Positions 1 through 11,863 of a stretch of DNA of 64,000 nt are shown piece after piece. Location: assembly GCA_963825865.1 (NCBI GenBank), contig CAWGVG010000062.1:32001-96000 (forward strand), read 5' to 3'. Numbering within the stretch: the stretch's first letter is position 1; every line of letters starts with the position of its first letter. Below the pieces are notes generated by a model. The model worked only from the letters and a program-made list of their open reading frames with translations. It was not told where the DNA came from and did not search any database. The stretch comes from an uncultured Nitrososphaeraceae archaeon. Lineage in GTDB: Archaea; Thermoproteota; Nitrososphaeria; Nitrososphaerales; Nitrososphaeraceae. The translations under genes were made by a program, and so were the position numbers.

Positions 1-332
1 AGCTATCAGATCAAATTATGGTTTTAACTGCAAGAATGCAGGAGATTGAAAGAAGGCAATGATTGTGATCTTAGATAAATAGTGTGCAAAAAAGAGGATC
101 GCTATCATAACATTAAATAATTCTTTTTTCTAGATATTGACGATTATCTAAAGCTGTTTCCGAGGTTCAATTGGAACTTGATGTAGCAGGCCTGTCATAC
201 AATTCTTTATTGTCTTCCTTTAATTTCTCCAGTCGGATTGGAAAATATCCCTTGCTTGCACCCTTAAGGCCTTCTTTTATCTTTACCTTGGCATGCAATG
301 AGTCAAAATCTTTAGTCGTTATAAATTCCTCA

Positions 333-965
333 TCAATATTGATAAATTTCTATTATTGCCTTCTCGAACATGCTTTGAAGTTTATTCGTGTTACTCTCAA
401 ATTGATCTAAATAACCTCCGTGTCTATATACAGAATCATGGATATCGTCCTTTAACTGCATTATCCCTATTGTAAAGATTTGAGATATAGTTATACTCCA
501 ATCCGATTTGATTTGTATTTTTGCATCTGGTGACGCATTCTCTAATATCAGGTGCTTTGTTGTGTAATCATGATCATACTGCCAAGCAACCACATTGTTA
601 TTATATGAGACACAAGGTTTCGGTTGTGCCAAGTGGACAAGTTTGTGTCTAAAAAGATCAGCGACAAGACTGGCTTGCTCATCTGTATAACCCATGAATT
701 GCTGCATGTAGTTCTTTGAATTTGCTGTAGTATCTACATTCTTGTTTGTTCTTGGATTCTTTCTTGTTGCTTGGCCAGCACTTAATGCTCCTAACAAATC
801 GATAGTTGACATGCAATAAAGTATAGCTGGAAATGAAGCAAAAGGTTGTTGTGAGCAGTGAATCACATCTTTTTCTAGAGAATCCATTCTTTCTTTGACA
901 AAGCGCCTCGCAAATCTTCTCAATTCATTCTTATCTGGAAATCTGCTTGTAGATGGTGTGCTCAT
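333..965 (-). CDS. HEPN-like domain protein (putative RNase/toxin)
   Basis: Intact 210-aa mostly helical ORF with an Rx4H motif (FRHKLVH) and an upstream MSTIDLLG helix, a layout typical of HEPN proteins. Confidence 0.5.
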   Translation of the reverse strand: MSTPSTSRFPDKNELRRFARRFVKERMDSLEKDVIHCSQQPFASFPAILYCMSTIDLLGALSAGQATRKNPRTNKNVDTTANSKNYMQQFMGYTDEQASLVADLFRHKLVHLAQPKPCVSYNNNVVAWQYDHDYTTKHLILENASPDAKIQIKSDWSITISQIFTIGIMQLKDDIHDSVYRHGGYLDQFESNTNKLQSMFEKAIIEIYQY

Positions 966-1595
966 ATGTATACGACGGGTCCATAAATTATTTACGTTTT
1001 CAGGCCTAGGAGTAATTGCCTACTTTATCATACACTCCTTCAATCTTAATCCCTGAAGCATCAACAGACTGATCTTTTTTGTACGTAGTTTGATACCTAC
1101 ATGGCAAAAGGACTCACACCACCAGCTATCTTTTTCATTAAGATGAGTATCTTAATGTTATAATTATTACTGTTCTGATCGTTGGTTACATTATTATTAG
1201 TTAGAATATCACAGTTAAAGCACTTGAATTCTTTGTCTGCTGATTCTGTTACTGTTATAATACCCGCTATACTTCTCCATTAATTAGAAGGGGATATTGA
1301 CCCCTCTTCTCTTGCATATGCCAATAGCCTCAGTATCTCTAACTTGTGGGCTTCGGAATACTTGTATTTGCAATGCTGCTCAATTGCGTCTAAGTCCCAT
1401 AGTGCTGTAGCTGCTGAAGTGGAAAACAATGAAGATGAAGAGTCAATCTGCAAGCGAAAATAGGGTAGTAGATACTGACTATTCGATCTGTTAAGGAGTA
1501 TTTACCACACAAGTCATACTCAACTGCTTCTTCTTTATGGTAATGTCACAAGTGCTGACGGAAATGACTAAATCCTGGCGGATGTATAGAAATAC

Positions 1596-1911
1596 ATGGA
1601 ATACCTTACCGATATGATCACTAAGGTTCCTGAAGGAACTAGCCCTGCTAAAGTAGATGAATTGCGCACGGCAGAGGCAGTGCGGTGCTGCTGAGCTTAC
1701 CAAAGCAGGTCATTTAGTTCGACTTTGGCGCCCACCGTTAGGTCCAGGTGAATGGCGTAGCATTGGGCTGTTCCGCGCCACAGACGAAGCAGAGCTTCGC
1801 GAAATTCTTGCCTCATTACCACTTCATATATGGATGCAAGTGACTATTACACCTCTGACCCCACATCCAAACGATCCTGAATATCGAGCCAAAGATAAAC
1901 CGCAGTCCTAA
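1596..1911 (+). CDS. Muconolactone delta-isomerase family protein (one frameshift near 1685)
   Basis: ATG at 1596 reads MEYLTDMITKVPEGTSPAKVDELRTAEAV, then shifts into GHLVRLWRPPLGPGEWRSIGLF...LASLPL...ITPLTPHPNDP, the family signature. Confidence 0.8.
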
Positions 1912-2027
1912 TAATGTTTGGATCGATGCTGCAACACCACTGGTTATCACGAACCTGACTAGATAGATTTTTAAATTAATTGGTTGTCTTATGAATAAAA
2001 AAATAAGGGAGTATGGTTTGGTTTATA

Positions 2028-2385
2028 CTAGGCTGGTGTAACGTGATAGCGTGTATCCTTGCCTAAACCAAATCTTTGAATTTTGAGTAGTGTTTTCCCT
2101 TCACTTAAATATGCGTCAATGTCTTCTGATGTTCGTTTTCCTACTTCCAGATATTTTTCTTGATTGCTGCCTATCTTCAGGGTCTGTTACTGTGTATCTG
2201 TATCTTTTGGTCTTCTTACCATTAAACTCCGCTGTTACTATTTCAATTTTCTCAGGATAAAATCGATAGACCTTCTTTTCGCTTGGCTGCAATTTTTTAA
2301 ACTTATTGTCCTTTTGTCTTGATTCTGGATTTCTCTGCAAATTTTCCCGGGTTTTAGGACTTAATACTTGGCTTTCTGATGCCAT
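2028..2385 (-). CDS. Small putative phage-type single-stranded DNA-binding protein (frameshift near 2160)
   Basis: After the shift the ORF reads EKYLEVGKRTSEDIDAYLSEGKTLLKIQRFGLGKDTRYHVTPA*. The KIxRxGxGxDTxY ending resembles phage SSB-like proteins. A GGAGGTGA Shine-Dalgarno lies upstream. Confidence 0.45.
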
Positions 2386-2844
2386 ATTTAAACTGATTCA
2401 CCTCCTTGTTGCAAATTGGCATAACCCGACCCCTATGAATTAGCTGATTGGGTAGGCATAATTGCTTCATATCATGCTCCGGTTGTATTAAATAGCAAAA
2501 TACAGATAAATCCTAATGCTGAAATTTTTGAACCCTTTATTAGATATACCATACCTATTAACGAAAATAAGAAAGACAATATCATAAAAATACGAAAACC
2601 GGAGTATTGGGCATTGAAGTGGCCCATAGCAGCCTATATGTACTCTTGGAAAAAAACTAAAGAAGGCACACACATGCACTGTAGGACCTTCACTACTTTT
2701 GATCATTTGAAATTAGTTGATTTGAGACTAACCAAATCTTTTTTGATTTATTTTCAATTACTTCTATATTAATAGAGATAAGATTGTCCCTTAGTGATTG
2801 CAATGAGTTTTATAGACACTATTATAACAGAAAGCTGACCTCAA

Positions 2845-4848
2845 CTGTACAATAATACCCACAGTCAATCATTAACCATATCTAATCTTATCAATAATTT
2901 CCCATTTACATCTCAACGTGATAATCAAGCAAGGTACCTGAATGACATTTGTAATGCTTTCAATTCCGGCTACAAATACATTATATTAGAAGCTCCTACT
3001 GGCTTTGGTAAGAGCCCTGTGGCTATAGCAGTTGCTATGACTTTGGGCTCAAGCTACATATGTACTTCCACCAAGGATTTGCAGACTCAATACTCTAGGG
3101 ATTTTCCGTATCTTAAAGTAGCGAAGGGAAAAAATAACTTTGCTTGTTTGGTAAAAGAAGATTTTACTAAAAATGGCACTTACAAATGTGGAATTTGTAT
3201 TTCAGATAATGTGAATGAATGCCACCATACAACAGTAGAATATGGTCCTTGTATGACCAATGAATCCTTCAAAGATAGTGGCTGCAAATACAGGTCCTTT
3301 CTAAAGGACTACAAAATAAGCAACAAGGGAACAAAAGATGAACAAGTATTCATTGACAACGATAACAAAAATTATTATCAAAAGGAATATTCACAATGGT
3401 TACACCTAAGGAATCTAAAAGAAAAAAATCCTTGGAAACCATGCGAATACTTTAACCAATTGAACATGGCCCTAACCTCCAGCCACTCCATATTCAATTA
3501 TTCCATTTTCCTAGCGCTTTTGCCAAGCAAGAAAAGCCTACCTGAAAGAGACTTGTTGGTATTGGACGAGGGGCACCTATTAGAGACAGGGATCGTAAAG
3601 TTCAGAGGACTAACTATATCCAAAAGAAGGTGGAGAAGGTATATTCATGATTTGAAGATTACTGATTACGGTTATGACGACATAGAAAACTGGATTGATT
3701 TTCTTGTAGAGGTTGAGACAAAGATGCTTACATTGACTGGCAATAATTCTTTGGCAGAATCGTTGTCTATAGAACGAAAAGTCAAATACAATTACTGGAA
3801 GGGAAAAGTCTCATCAAAAGAAGATAAAAAGAATACACACAACAGGAGAAAAGAAAATAGTCTCTGCATCCGACTTATTTGATAGTGATGAAGAAATTGC
3901 ACAAAAATATGCTGATGATAAAAGCATATCAAGAAAATCATAGGATATTGGAGATGAACTCGCTGTCGATGCGTTAAAGGATACAGAGAGACTCACAAGA
4001 ACAATAAACAATATTCTTGCAAATCAAAAGAACTGGATAGTGTCTGAGATAAAGAAAGAAAATTACGAAGTAGTTAAAGTTGAATTAAAGCCATTAGATA
4101 TATCGCCATACTGTAAATCAGTATTTGAAAAATGCTCAAAAACATTGATTATGAGTGCTACTATATTAAACCATAATGCATTTTGTAGAAGTGTTGGTTT
4201 ATCTGGAGGAGAAGAGGATAAAGTTAAATTCATACAAATTCCTTCCGATTTCCCACTAGAACACAGACCTATTTATCCTCTTAATATTGAGTATCTTAAC
4301 TACAATAACTTACAGTCTAATGAAGTAAAATTGGCTATTGCAAAGACTGTTGACAACATAATGACATTGCATAAAAATGACAAAGGAATAATTCATACTA
4401 CCTCTTATGATCAACTGAATTTCATAAAGGAAAATATATCACAGACTAATGCAAGAAGATTATTAGTAACGGATCCAGAAATACAAAGGGATGAAGTCAT
4501 ATTTCAGCATACAAACAGGACTGTAAAACCAACTGTTCTTATCTCGCCATCGTTGCATACAGGTCTTGATTTAAAAGACGAACTATCTAGGTTTCAGATA
4601 ATAACCAAAGTACCATATCCCAACAAAAGTGATAGATGGACTAATGCAAAGAGAGATGGTAGATGAAGACTGGTACACTGGCAAACGGCATAAAACTTGA
4701 TACAGGCATATGGTAGACTGTAAGGTCGAAAGACGACTGGGCAAAGACATACATATTGGATTCAGCGTTTGGATATTTTGTAAAGAAGAACAAGGAGATA
4801 TTACCAAATTGGTTTATACAAGCAATCAGAGGAAGGCTACAACAATAA
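2845..4848 (+). CDS. XPD/Rad3/DinG-family Fe-S DNA helicase (several frameshifts; possibly a pseudogene)
   Basis: Walker A EAPTGFGKS (just upstream of the called ORF), Cys-rich Fe-S region, DEGH box, MSAT motif III, TGLDLKDELSRFQIITKVPYP, and IQAYGR...RSKDD motif VI. Confidence 0.85.
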
Positions 4849-5069
4849 GTCAGTCTACTTTGTCTTATATAGGGAATGATTAACTTGGTTAATTCAATTC
4901 AGTGTATAATAGTAGCAAACTATTTTTGCTTGACGTTACTACAAGATTAACAAGTAAATCACTGCCATAGCACGTAGTGTAGATATCTCCTTACACTACT
5001 TGGCAGTTAACAACGTTAACTTACATGGTTTAACATGTCTTAATTTGAACTTGTTCCTTTACTTATGAT

Positions 5070-5324
5070 ATGAGTAGTAGTCAATCCATAAAGGTGCTTA
5101 GACCACTTAAAGGTGGAATAGTTCATGAAGATTTTGGTGTATCAAGTAATAATGCAACACAATCTGAGAACAGACTAATTCACGAGCATGACTTTATTAC
5201 AGCAAGAATTAAAGAAATAAACAGTTTTCTCATTCATTGCATTACTTGCGGCATATACTACAAAGCAAAGTCCAATATCAGAAGATACATTGACGAATGT
5301 TGTATAAAGCATGTAGACTACTAA
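5070..5324 (+). CDS. Hypothetical protein, possibly a fragment (contains CxxC)
   Basis: 84-aa ORF with HEHDF...IHCITCG; no family recognised. Confidence 0.35.
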   Translation: MSSSQSIKVLRPLKGGIVHEDFGVSSNNATQSENRLIHEHDFITARIKEINSFLIHCITCGIYYKAKSNIRRYIDECCIKHVDY

Positions 5325-5339
5325 ACCTAAAAATTGATC

Positions 5340-5745
5340 ATCGGATATCCCAGTCAGGTGGCTAATTTCCTAACGACATTTTATTACACCCCCACTACGA
5401 TCAGGCTAAAAATAAAGATTTTTTCGCTGGGTTGTATCACCCAGATATTGAACAGGGCAAGAGACCAAAACCCTTCGAAAATATACCGAAGCTTAAGCGT
5501 AAGGAGAGATCAATTTAACAAACTTACAGATCTTTGGACGGAACAAGAAAATTCCCTATTCTTGAAGTGCTGTCCAAGCGCTAGAGATAGATGCTATCAT
5601 GCAATGGCAAGAGGTTCTGCGCATGAATTATTAAGGCTTAGGATAAAAGTATGAGGCGTTTAAGATTAGCCCAGATAAGAAACAGTATGCAGAAGTTTTG
5701 CTAAATGGTAAAAGTGGTTTTAGACACGTCCCTATGATGGTCGAT
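5340..5745 (+). pseudogene. Degraded tyrosine recombinase/integrase, second family (internal fragment)
   Basis: Across frameshifts it reads HPDIEQGKRPKPFENIPKLKRKE...DLWTEQENSLFLKCCPSARDRCYHAMAR..HELLRLRIK...QYAEVLLNGKSGFRHVP. This is the box-I region plus the GKTGxRxVP-type patch of integrases. Confidence 0.7.
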
Positions 5746-5866
5746 ATGTAGCGAGTCTTTTCGATGGCAGATTTGCCGACATGCATCTAGAGAGTTTTTT
5801 TCATTCAGTTCGTAAAAGCGATCGATAGACCGAATATCCTAAATAGCGAAAAGTATGTAATGATAT

Positions 5867-6663
5867 ATGCGTTCAGTACAGGTATCCAAGCCTAAAGGGC
5901 CTTTTGAAATAGTAGAACGAGACATTCCGGAACCTGGTCCCATGCAAGTACGTATCAAGGTACAAGCCTGTGGCATCTGCCATAGTGATTCCTTTACTAA
6001 GGAAGGATTGTTCCCAGGCATCCAATATCCAAGGGTTCCTGGCCATGAGATTGCAGGAGTTATAGATGAAGTGGGCAAAGAGGTCAGTCAATGGAAGCCT
6101 AAACAAAGAGTAGCTGTAGGCTGGCATGGAGGTCACTGTGGCCATTGTGAATCCTGCAGGCGTGGCGATTTTGTTACTTGTCGCTACGCACAAGTACCGG
6201 GTATCTCATATGATGGTGGCTATGCTGACTATATGATAGCTCCAACTGAAGCACTTGCAATTATCCCTGACGAGCTGTCAGCAACAGACGCTGCACCTCT
6301 TATGTGTGCTGGTATTCCACTTACAATGCTCTTAGAAACAGTGGAGCCCGTGCAGGCGAAGTAGTTGCCATCATTGGAATAGGAGGACTTGGACATCTAG
6401 GTGTTCAATTTGCTGCCAAGATGGGTTTTAGGACCATCGCTATTGCAAGAGGAAAAGATGAAGAAGAACTGGTGAAGAAATTGGGTGCAAGGCAATACAT
6501 CGATAACCGTTCGCAGAATGCTGTTGAAGAACTTAACAAATTTGGAGGAGCCAAAGTCATACTTGCAACAGTACCAAGTGGAAAAGCCATGAGTGAAATC
6601 CTTGGGGGGCAATGTGCTACTACAGGTTTACCAAGTGAGTCTAGGCCTTTAGGTAGGGAATAA
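5867..6663 (+). pseudogene. Zinc-dependent alcohol dehydrogenase (AdhP-like), frameshifted and C-terminally truncated
   Basis: CGICHSD, GHE motif, structural Zn site CGHCESC..C and GIGGLG. Homology stops abruptly after EILGG near 6610. Confidence 0.8.
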
Positions 6664-6788
6664 GTAAGTGGTTGTTGGTAGGTAGGGGTCGTGGATCAGC
6701 TTCTTGTCTTAGTATAACGGTTATACCTGTGTTGCCGTCTTGTAGAATCAATATTAAATAAAATTACTTTTAACCTCATAGAAAGACA

Positions 6789-7223
6789 ATGACAGAAATG
6801 ACTAGGGAAGAAATCAGGAGGTTTCTTGGCCATGGAACCTTCACTGGTAAGTTGGCAACTGTTCGCAAGGATGGAAGCCCTCACGTTGCTCCTGTCTGGT
6901 TTGTTTTAGATGAGAATAGTAACGATGACATTATTTTGACTACATCGCACGAATCTATAAAAGGGAAGTGCATAATACGCGATCCAAGAGTAAGCATCTC
7001 AGTGGACGACCAAAAACCACCATACTCTTTCGTAATTCTAAATGGTATTGCACAGATTAGCGAGGAACCATCAGATCTTCTGAAATGGGCAACAAAAATA
7101 GCAGAAAGATACATGGGAAGAGATAATGCTGAATCTTATGGCAAAAGAAACAGTGTTAAAGGAGAGTTACTGATAAGGGTAAAAGCTACCAAGACTATTG
7201 GACAGAAAGATATTGCGTTATAA
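6789..7223 (+). CDS. PPOX-class F420-dependent oxidoreductase (pyridoxamine 5'-phosphate oxidase-like)
   Basis: LATVRKDGSPHVAPVWF and K..CIIRDPRVSISVDD motifs. Confidence 0.9.
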   Translation: MTEMTREEIRRFLGHGTFTGKLATVRKDGSPHVAPVWFVLDENSNDDIILTTSHESIKGKCIIRDPRVSISVDDQKPPYSFVILNGIAQISEEPSDLLKWATKIAERYMGRDNAESYGKRNSVKGELLIRVKATKTIGQKDIAL

Positions 7224-7505
7224 CGTTATCGAGTGATTAACTGGAATGTATACAATGAATCACTATGGATCTAGATGGATAGCAGAGACTGTATTCTCAT
7301 CACTGAAAAGGGTGTTTGGAGAATATGTAACTTCCAAGTTTTACAGCAACCATCAATGCTCCCATTGAAAGGATCGATCTGAAGCATGAAGTCTATAAGC
7401 TCGTGTGGATGAATGTCGGAATAGACGCTTGTACCTTTTCGCACGCTAGCGCGTGGTGTAAAAACTCCGTCGATGACGTAGGCGTCGATAATGTTCACCT
7501 GTTGT

Positions 7506-8439
7506 CTAACGCGTGACTGCGGCAGTGGAAAATACCTCCGGATGCGCAGTTACATACTCTCGAACGCTCATACTTGGTTTTCCGGTTAACTTCTGCACGT
7601 CCGACGTCAACCGATCGTAGCGATTTTCAGCGATGAGCTTAGCCATAGTGGAAACGTGGTGAAAAACGTATTGAGGTAAATTGAGTGGCAATAATTCTTC
7701 CTTCAGCCAGTTGTCGTATGGCGTGTCCACATATTTCACTGGGCGATTTAGTGCGATCGCGTATTCTTTTGCGATCTCATTCATGTCTTCTGATCGAGGA
7801 CCAGTCAGTTCATAGACCTTTGCTCGGTGACCGGTGGGATCTTCCAAAATTGTGGAAACGACTCTTGCCACATCGCTAGCGGAAATTGGTGAAGTTCGCG
7901 CCGAGCCAAATGGCAATCTAATTGTCCCATCTTTGGCGATTGATGAGGCCGCCATGCTAGAGAAGAAAGGAGTGTCAGAGAAGACCGTCGACCTCACATG
8001 AGCTACAGGCACTCCAGACCAGTTAAGGACTTGCTCGCCGAGCCAATGTTGCTGCTGCTGAGGTGATTCGGTCATTTCAGTTAGACTCATCTGCGAAACT
8101 GTCATTTGCGAGATGTTCACGAGAATCTCGAAATCGGGGATTTCTTTTGCTGCGGCTGGTTGCAATAGCCGTAGCTTGAAGATATGGTGACGAGATACTC
8201 ATGCCAAAATACATCCGCTTGCAACCGCGCAATGCTCTTACTACGTCCGCACCATTTGTGAGGTCGGCGACGACAAGTTCGGCTCCCATTTCGCTCAACA
8301 CTTGAGATCGTTCGTCGAGGCGGTGTACAAGCGCTCTGACTTGAAGATCGCGCTCTCGAAGAAGTTTGACGACACCTCGCCCTACGGAACCAACATTTCC
8401 GGCGGCTCCAGTAACAAGGATGGGTGTGTTGTTTGACAT
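7506..8439 (-). CDS. NmrA-like NAD(P)H-binding protein, atypical SDR (frameshift near 8160)
   Basis: ILVTGAAGNVG Rossmann motif, ISASDVARV and YELTGP. Two overlapping ORFs join into one ~310-aa protein. Visibly more GC-rich than its flanks. Confidence 0.85.
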
Positions 8440-8991
8440 GGCTTAGTAGATGTTCTGCAAGTCCTAAGAAGTTGTCGTCGTCGCTCGCTCATTCTCGTCG
8501 ATCACTTGCTGGACAAGTACCGAATCCAAGTAAGCTCGAACCTCTACAATCAAACCGTCAACGAACCGTGTCACCCAGCAGAACTTTACTTCAAGAAGAT
8601 GAAGAGACAGCATATCTTAAATTCGCATCCCAAGCAGTAAAGCAGTCTAGCAATAGTAGTGCTACTGCTGCCTAGCTGCCAGGATAAAATAGAAATGACA
8701 AGGTTAATGAGTGTTCAGTCGTTAAGCCATTTGTTATAAAATTACATATGACTAGTGGGATAAAAAGGCTCAATATTGTAATTTGATACAACAACCTAAG
8801 TTCATAATTGTTTCAAAGATTATAAACCTAATAAATTTCTGTTTGGCTCAAAATGGACTATGTTTTATAATCTCCTATGAACCATTCAGAAAAATCTGAA
8901 TAGCCAAGATCGGATATAGTAGTTTTCACAAACAATTAAAGACTTTAATGCCTTTTGATATTCCTTCAACTGTATCTTCTCTTTATGACCA

Positions 8992-9276
8992 TCATCTGTT
9001 ATCCGTACTTAATGACTTCTCAACAAATGACCTGACCGGATTGGAGCTTTGTATATACTTGTTATAGTTCTCGTCTATAGAACTGCTGGGACCGATGTAT
9101 ATACCTCTATACAAGACTTTTGGAAGCCTTTTGAGCACTAAATTCAACAGACCAGATAATTCCTCTTCAGTTGCCAGCTTGTCAATGAGATATGGATCTG
9201 CCTTATTACCTAAGAACTGGTTAGGGAAGTTAATTATAATGAGTCTAGCAAAGAATGCGTCACTCTCGTCTGGTGT
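8992..9276 (-). pseudogene. C-terminal fragment of a P4/D5-type SF3 primase-helicase
   Basis: An uncalled frame reads TPDESDAFFARLIIINFPNQFLGNKADPYLIDKLATEEELSGLLNLVLKRLPKV...NPVRSFVE, the post-Arg-finger segment of phage/plasmid P4-family primases. Confidence 0.7.
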
Positions 9277-9513
9277 CTAGCTATCAGGTTTGTATTTGAA
9301 AAAACTGACCGCTTCAAGTTGCGACTTTTCAAACTTCAGGTATTCCCCTATAAAGAACGTTATGAAAAAGTGTACTGAATTCTGATCTACTCCAGCATTG
9401 TTCCTGTACTTTACAACCAATTTATCGCTGTAAATTAAAGGGAATAATATATCGGTCGAAAATCCCAATTGTTTTATCGTTTCGGCAAGTTGGTTCTGGC
9501 CGGTATCTGACAT
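9277..9513 (-). CDS. Hypothetical protein or fragment
   Basis: 78-aa ATG-initiated ORF abutting the helicase remnant. Confidence 0.3.
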   Translation of the reverse strand: MSDTGQNQLAETIKQLGFSTDILFPLIYSDKLVVKYRNNAGVDQNSVHFFITFFIGEYLKFEKSQLEAVSFFKYKPDS

Positions 9514-9659
9514 GTCTATTTATTTCCACCTCCTCTTACGAAATCAGATACTACGCGTTCCAGTATGCCGCTCTTATCAAATACAACAGTTATTGAATTT
9601 CTGCTCCTCTCACATAGCTTATTCTATATCTAAAGGTAAGCAAGCAGTATACAACAACT

Positions 9660-9781
9660 ACAGAGGGTACAAAAGTAATCTAGAAGAACTAAATGAATCA
9701 TTGAGAAATCGTGACAAAATGAACGACGATGCTATAGCACAGCTATCAGACCAACTCATGGCTCTAACAGCATTAGGTTAA
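9660..9781 (+). pseudogene. Possible coiled-coil C-terminal tail remnant of an integrase-like gene
   Basis: LEELNESLRNRDKMNDDAIAQLSDQLMAL resembles the helical tail of the intact integrase at 28887; the similarity is weak. Confidence 0.3.
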
Positions 9782-11093
9782 GCTTGTTTGCTAATACTAC
9801 TAGAATACTGATCAGCATAAAATAGCAGTTAAAACATGTCATTATTGTAAAGTTCAACGAGCGTTACCTTAAGAGTATATACAATGACCTCTAAAAAGAT
9901 ACATTTGTAGAAACCAACAAGATTAAACTGATGCTCCATATAAAGCATCGAAGATTCGTTGAAACGAACTTAGGATTGTGACGACAGAAATATGCTAACA
10001 CGTACAGGCGAATTTGTATAATCTGTAAGCTTTGATGTATCCTAGCTAGCAATAGTTCCCACCTTTTCGGCTTTGGAACAACTCTATTAGCTATGTGGTT
10101 ATATTCCTATAGCACTGAATATACAGCTGATACGATAGGAACACGATTCTGTAAGCATTTGCTATCTATTCCAACTTCTTTTTTAAACTTGTATTTTCTA
10201 AATTTCCGTTATTCATCGGATTTTGTAAGGACCCAAAAGAGGTATTGTATGGTATCAGATGATAACAAGACGGATCTAAAAACAGCAGCATGATTGAGGT
10301 AGATATATTTATATCCATTCATCCAAGCGTTATATGAAGCATAGGTCTACCTATTTGATAACGATTATGTAAAAATGGGACCTGTCGTCGCTGTCATACT
10401 TCCAGAACATCTGTACCAAGCAATATTCAAAAGTTTTGTAAAATTCACTTCAGCAATTCGCCAATCATCCCATTGTCTTATATTGACTTTCATTTGGTCT
10501 TGACCTTCAATTGCTTTTGACTTGCTCTTTGTCATTTGGGCCTGAATTCTCTACTATTGTTACTAATCCTTGTATAGAGACTTCTTTTGTACATCCGATA
10601 GTTCCGTTCTATCACTCTCACTTGCTATATCATTAATGGAATATTTGGTTAGAAAGCGACTAAGACTAAGATTGAACCAGACTTTGGATGCGTTATATAA
10701 CGCATAGCCATACTACTGAGTGAGCCTTTTTTTGTGTTATATGTTCTAAAACCCATTCTAGGGTACGTATTTCATTCTGCAAACTGTCATTGTATGCCTT
10801 ATTATGTAATTCATAATGTATATCATTCCTTGTTTTCTTAAACTTGCTCTCAAGGACATGTTTTAGCCTCTAATTTATGATCCATGTAGAGAATATCAGA
10901 TTAAATCATTGCGTATGTACAAATATAATGATTAAAGCACTAGCTAGAAAAGGAGAGTCCCTGGAAAGTCATTGTAGCAGAGCAAATCTAAAAGACGTTA
11001 TTCACCACAGACCAAATACAGGTGAGTCTCCTTTTGCAGAGTTTGACTTTTGAATCTTTATGCTTCAGATAAATCTAATATGCTACAGTCCCA

Positions 11094-11802
11094 ATGAAAA
11101 TGAAAAAGAAAATCGCTCTTGTGACAGGATCCAATAAAGGCCTTGGATTTGAAACCTGCCTTCGGTTAGGCCAATTAGGTCTTACTGTAATATTGAGTGC
11201 TCGAGATGTTATCAAAGGCCAAGTGGCTGCAAAACAATTAGCTGATAGAGGATTGGACGTATTATTTTACCAGCTTGATGTATCGAATCAAAGTAATATT
11301 AGCAGGATAGCACTTCAAATAGAGCAACAATTTGGACGACTAGATATACTTGTCAATAATGCAGCAATTCTCTATGACACCTGGCAAAAGGCTATCGATG
11401 CAGATTTAGAGGTTGTCAATCAGGCCTTACTAACTAACCTGTTTGGACCTTGGAAGTTATCTCAAGTATGTATACCTATAATGAAGACAAACAAGTACGG
11501 TCGCATTGTAAATGTGTCCAGTGGAGCAGGCTCTCTACATTACATGGGTGCTGGAACACCACCTGCATATAGCGTCTCCAAAGCAGCCCTGAATGCATTT
11601 ACTCGAATTCTAGGCAGCAGAGCTTTCTGGTACTGGCATTTTGGTTAATTCAGTTGATCCAGGATGGGTAGCTACAGATATGGGCGGTAGAGGAGGACGT
11701 CCAGTAGAAGAAGGAGCAAAAGGAATAGTATGGGCCGCAACATTGCCAGATAATGGTCCAACTGGAGGATTTTTCTTTGATGGCAAGCCAGCTCCATGGT
11801 AA
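11094..11802 (+). CDS. Short-chain dehydrogenase/reductase, carbonyl reductase-like (frameshift near 11610)
   Basis: [17 protein letters not shown] and YSVSK. Continues in another frame as [14 protein letters not shown]...[15 protein letters not shown]. Confidence 0.9.
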
Positions 11803-11863
11803 CGTAAACATATTCTGAATCATACTATGCTAACACATGTGACTATGGCATACATGAAGTATA

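Noticed and set aside
333-4848. HEPN plus DinG helicase as one defence operon (type IV CRISPR-like)
   Set aside because: The genes are on opposite strands, about 1.9 kb apart with unrelated genes between them, and there are no Cas7/Cas5-like genes or array.
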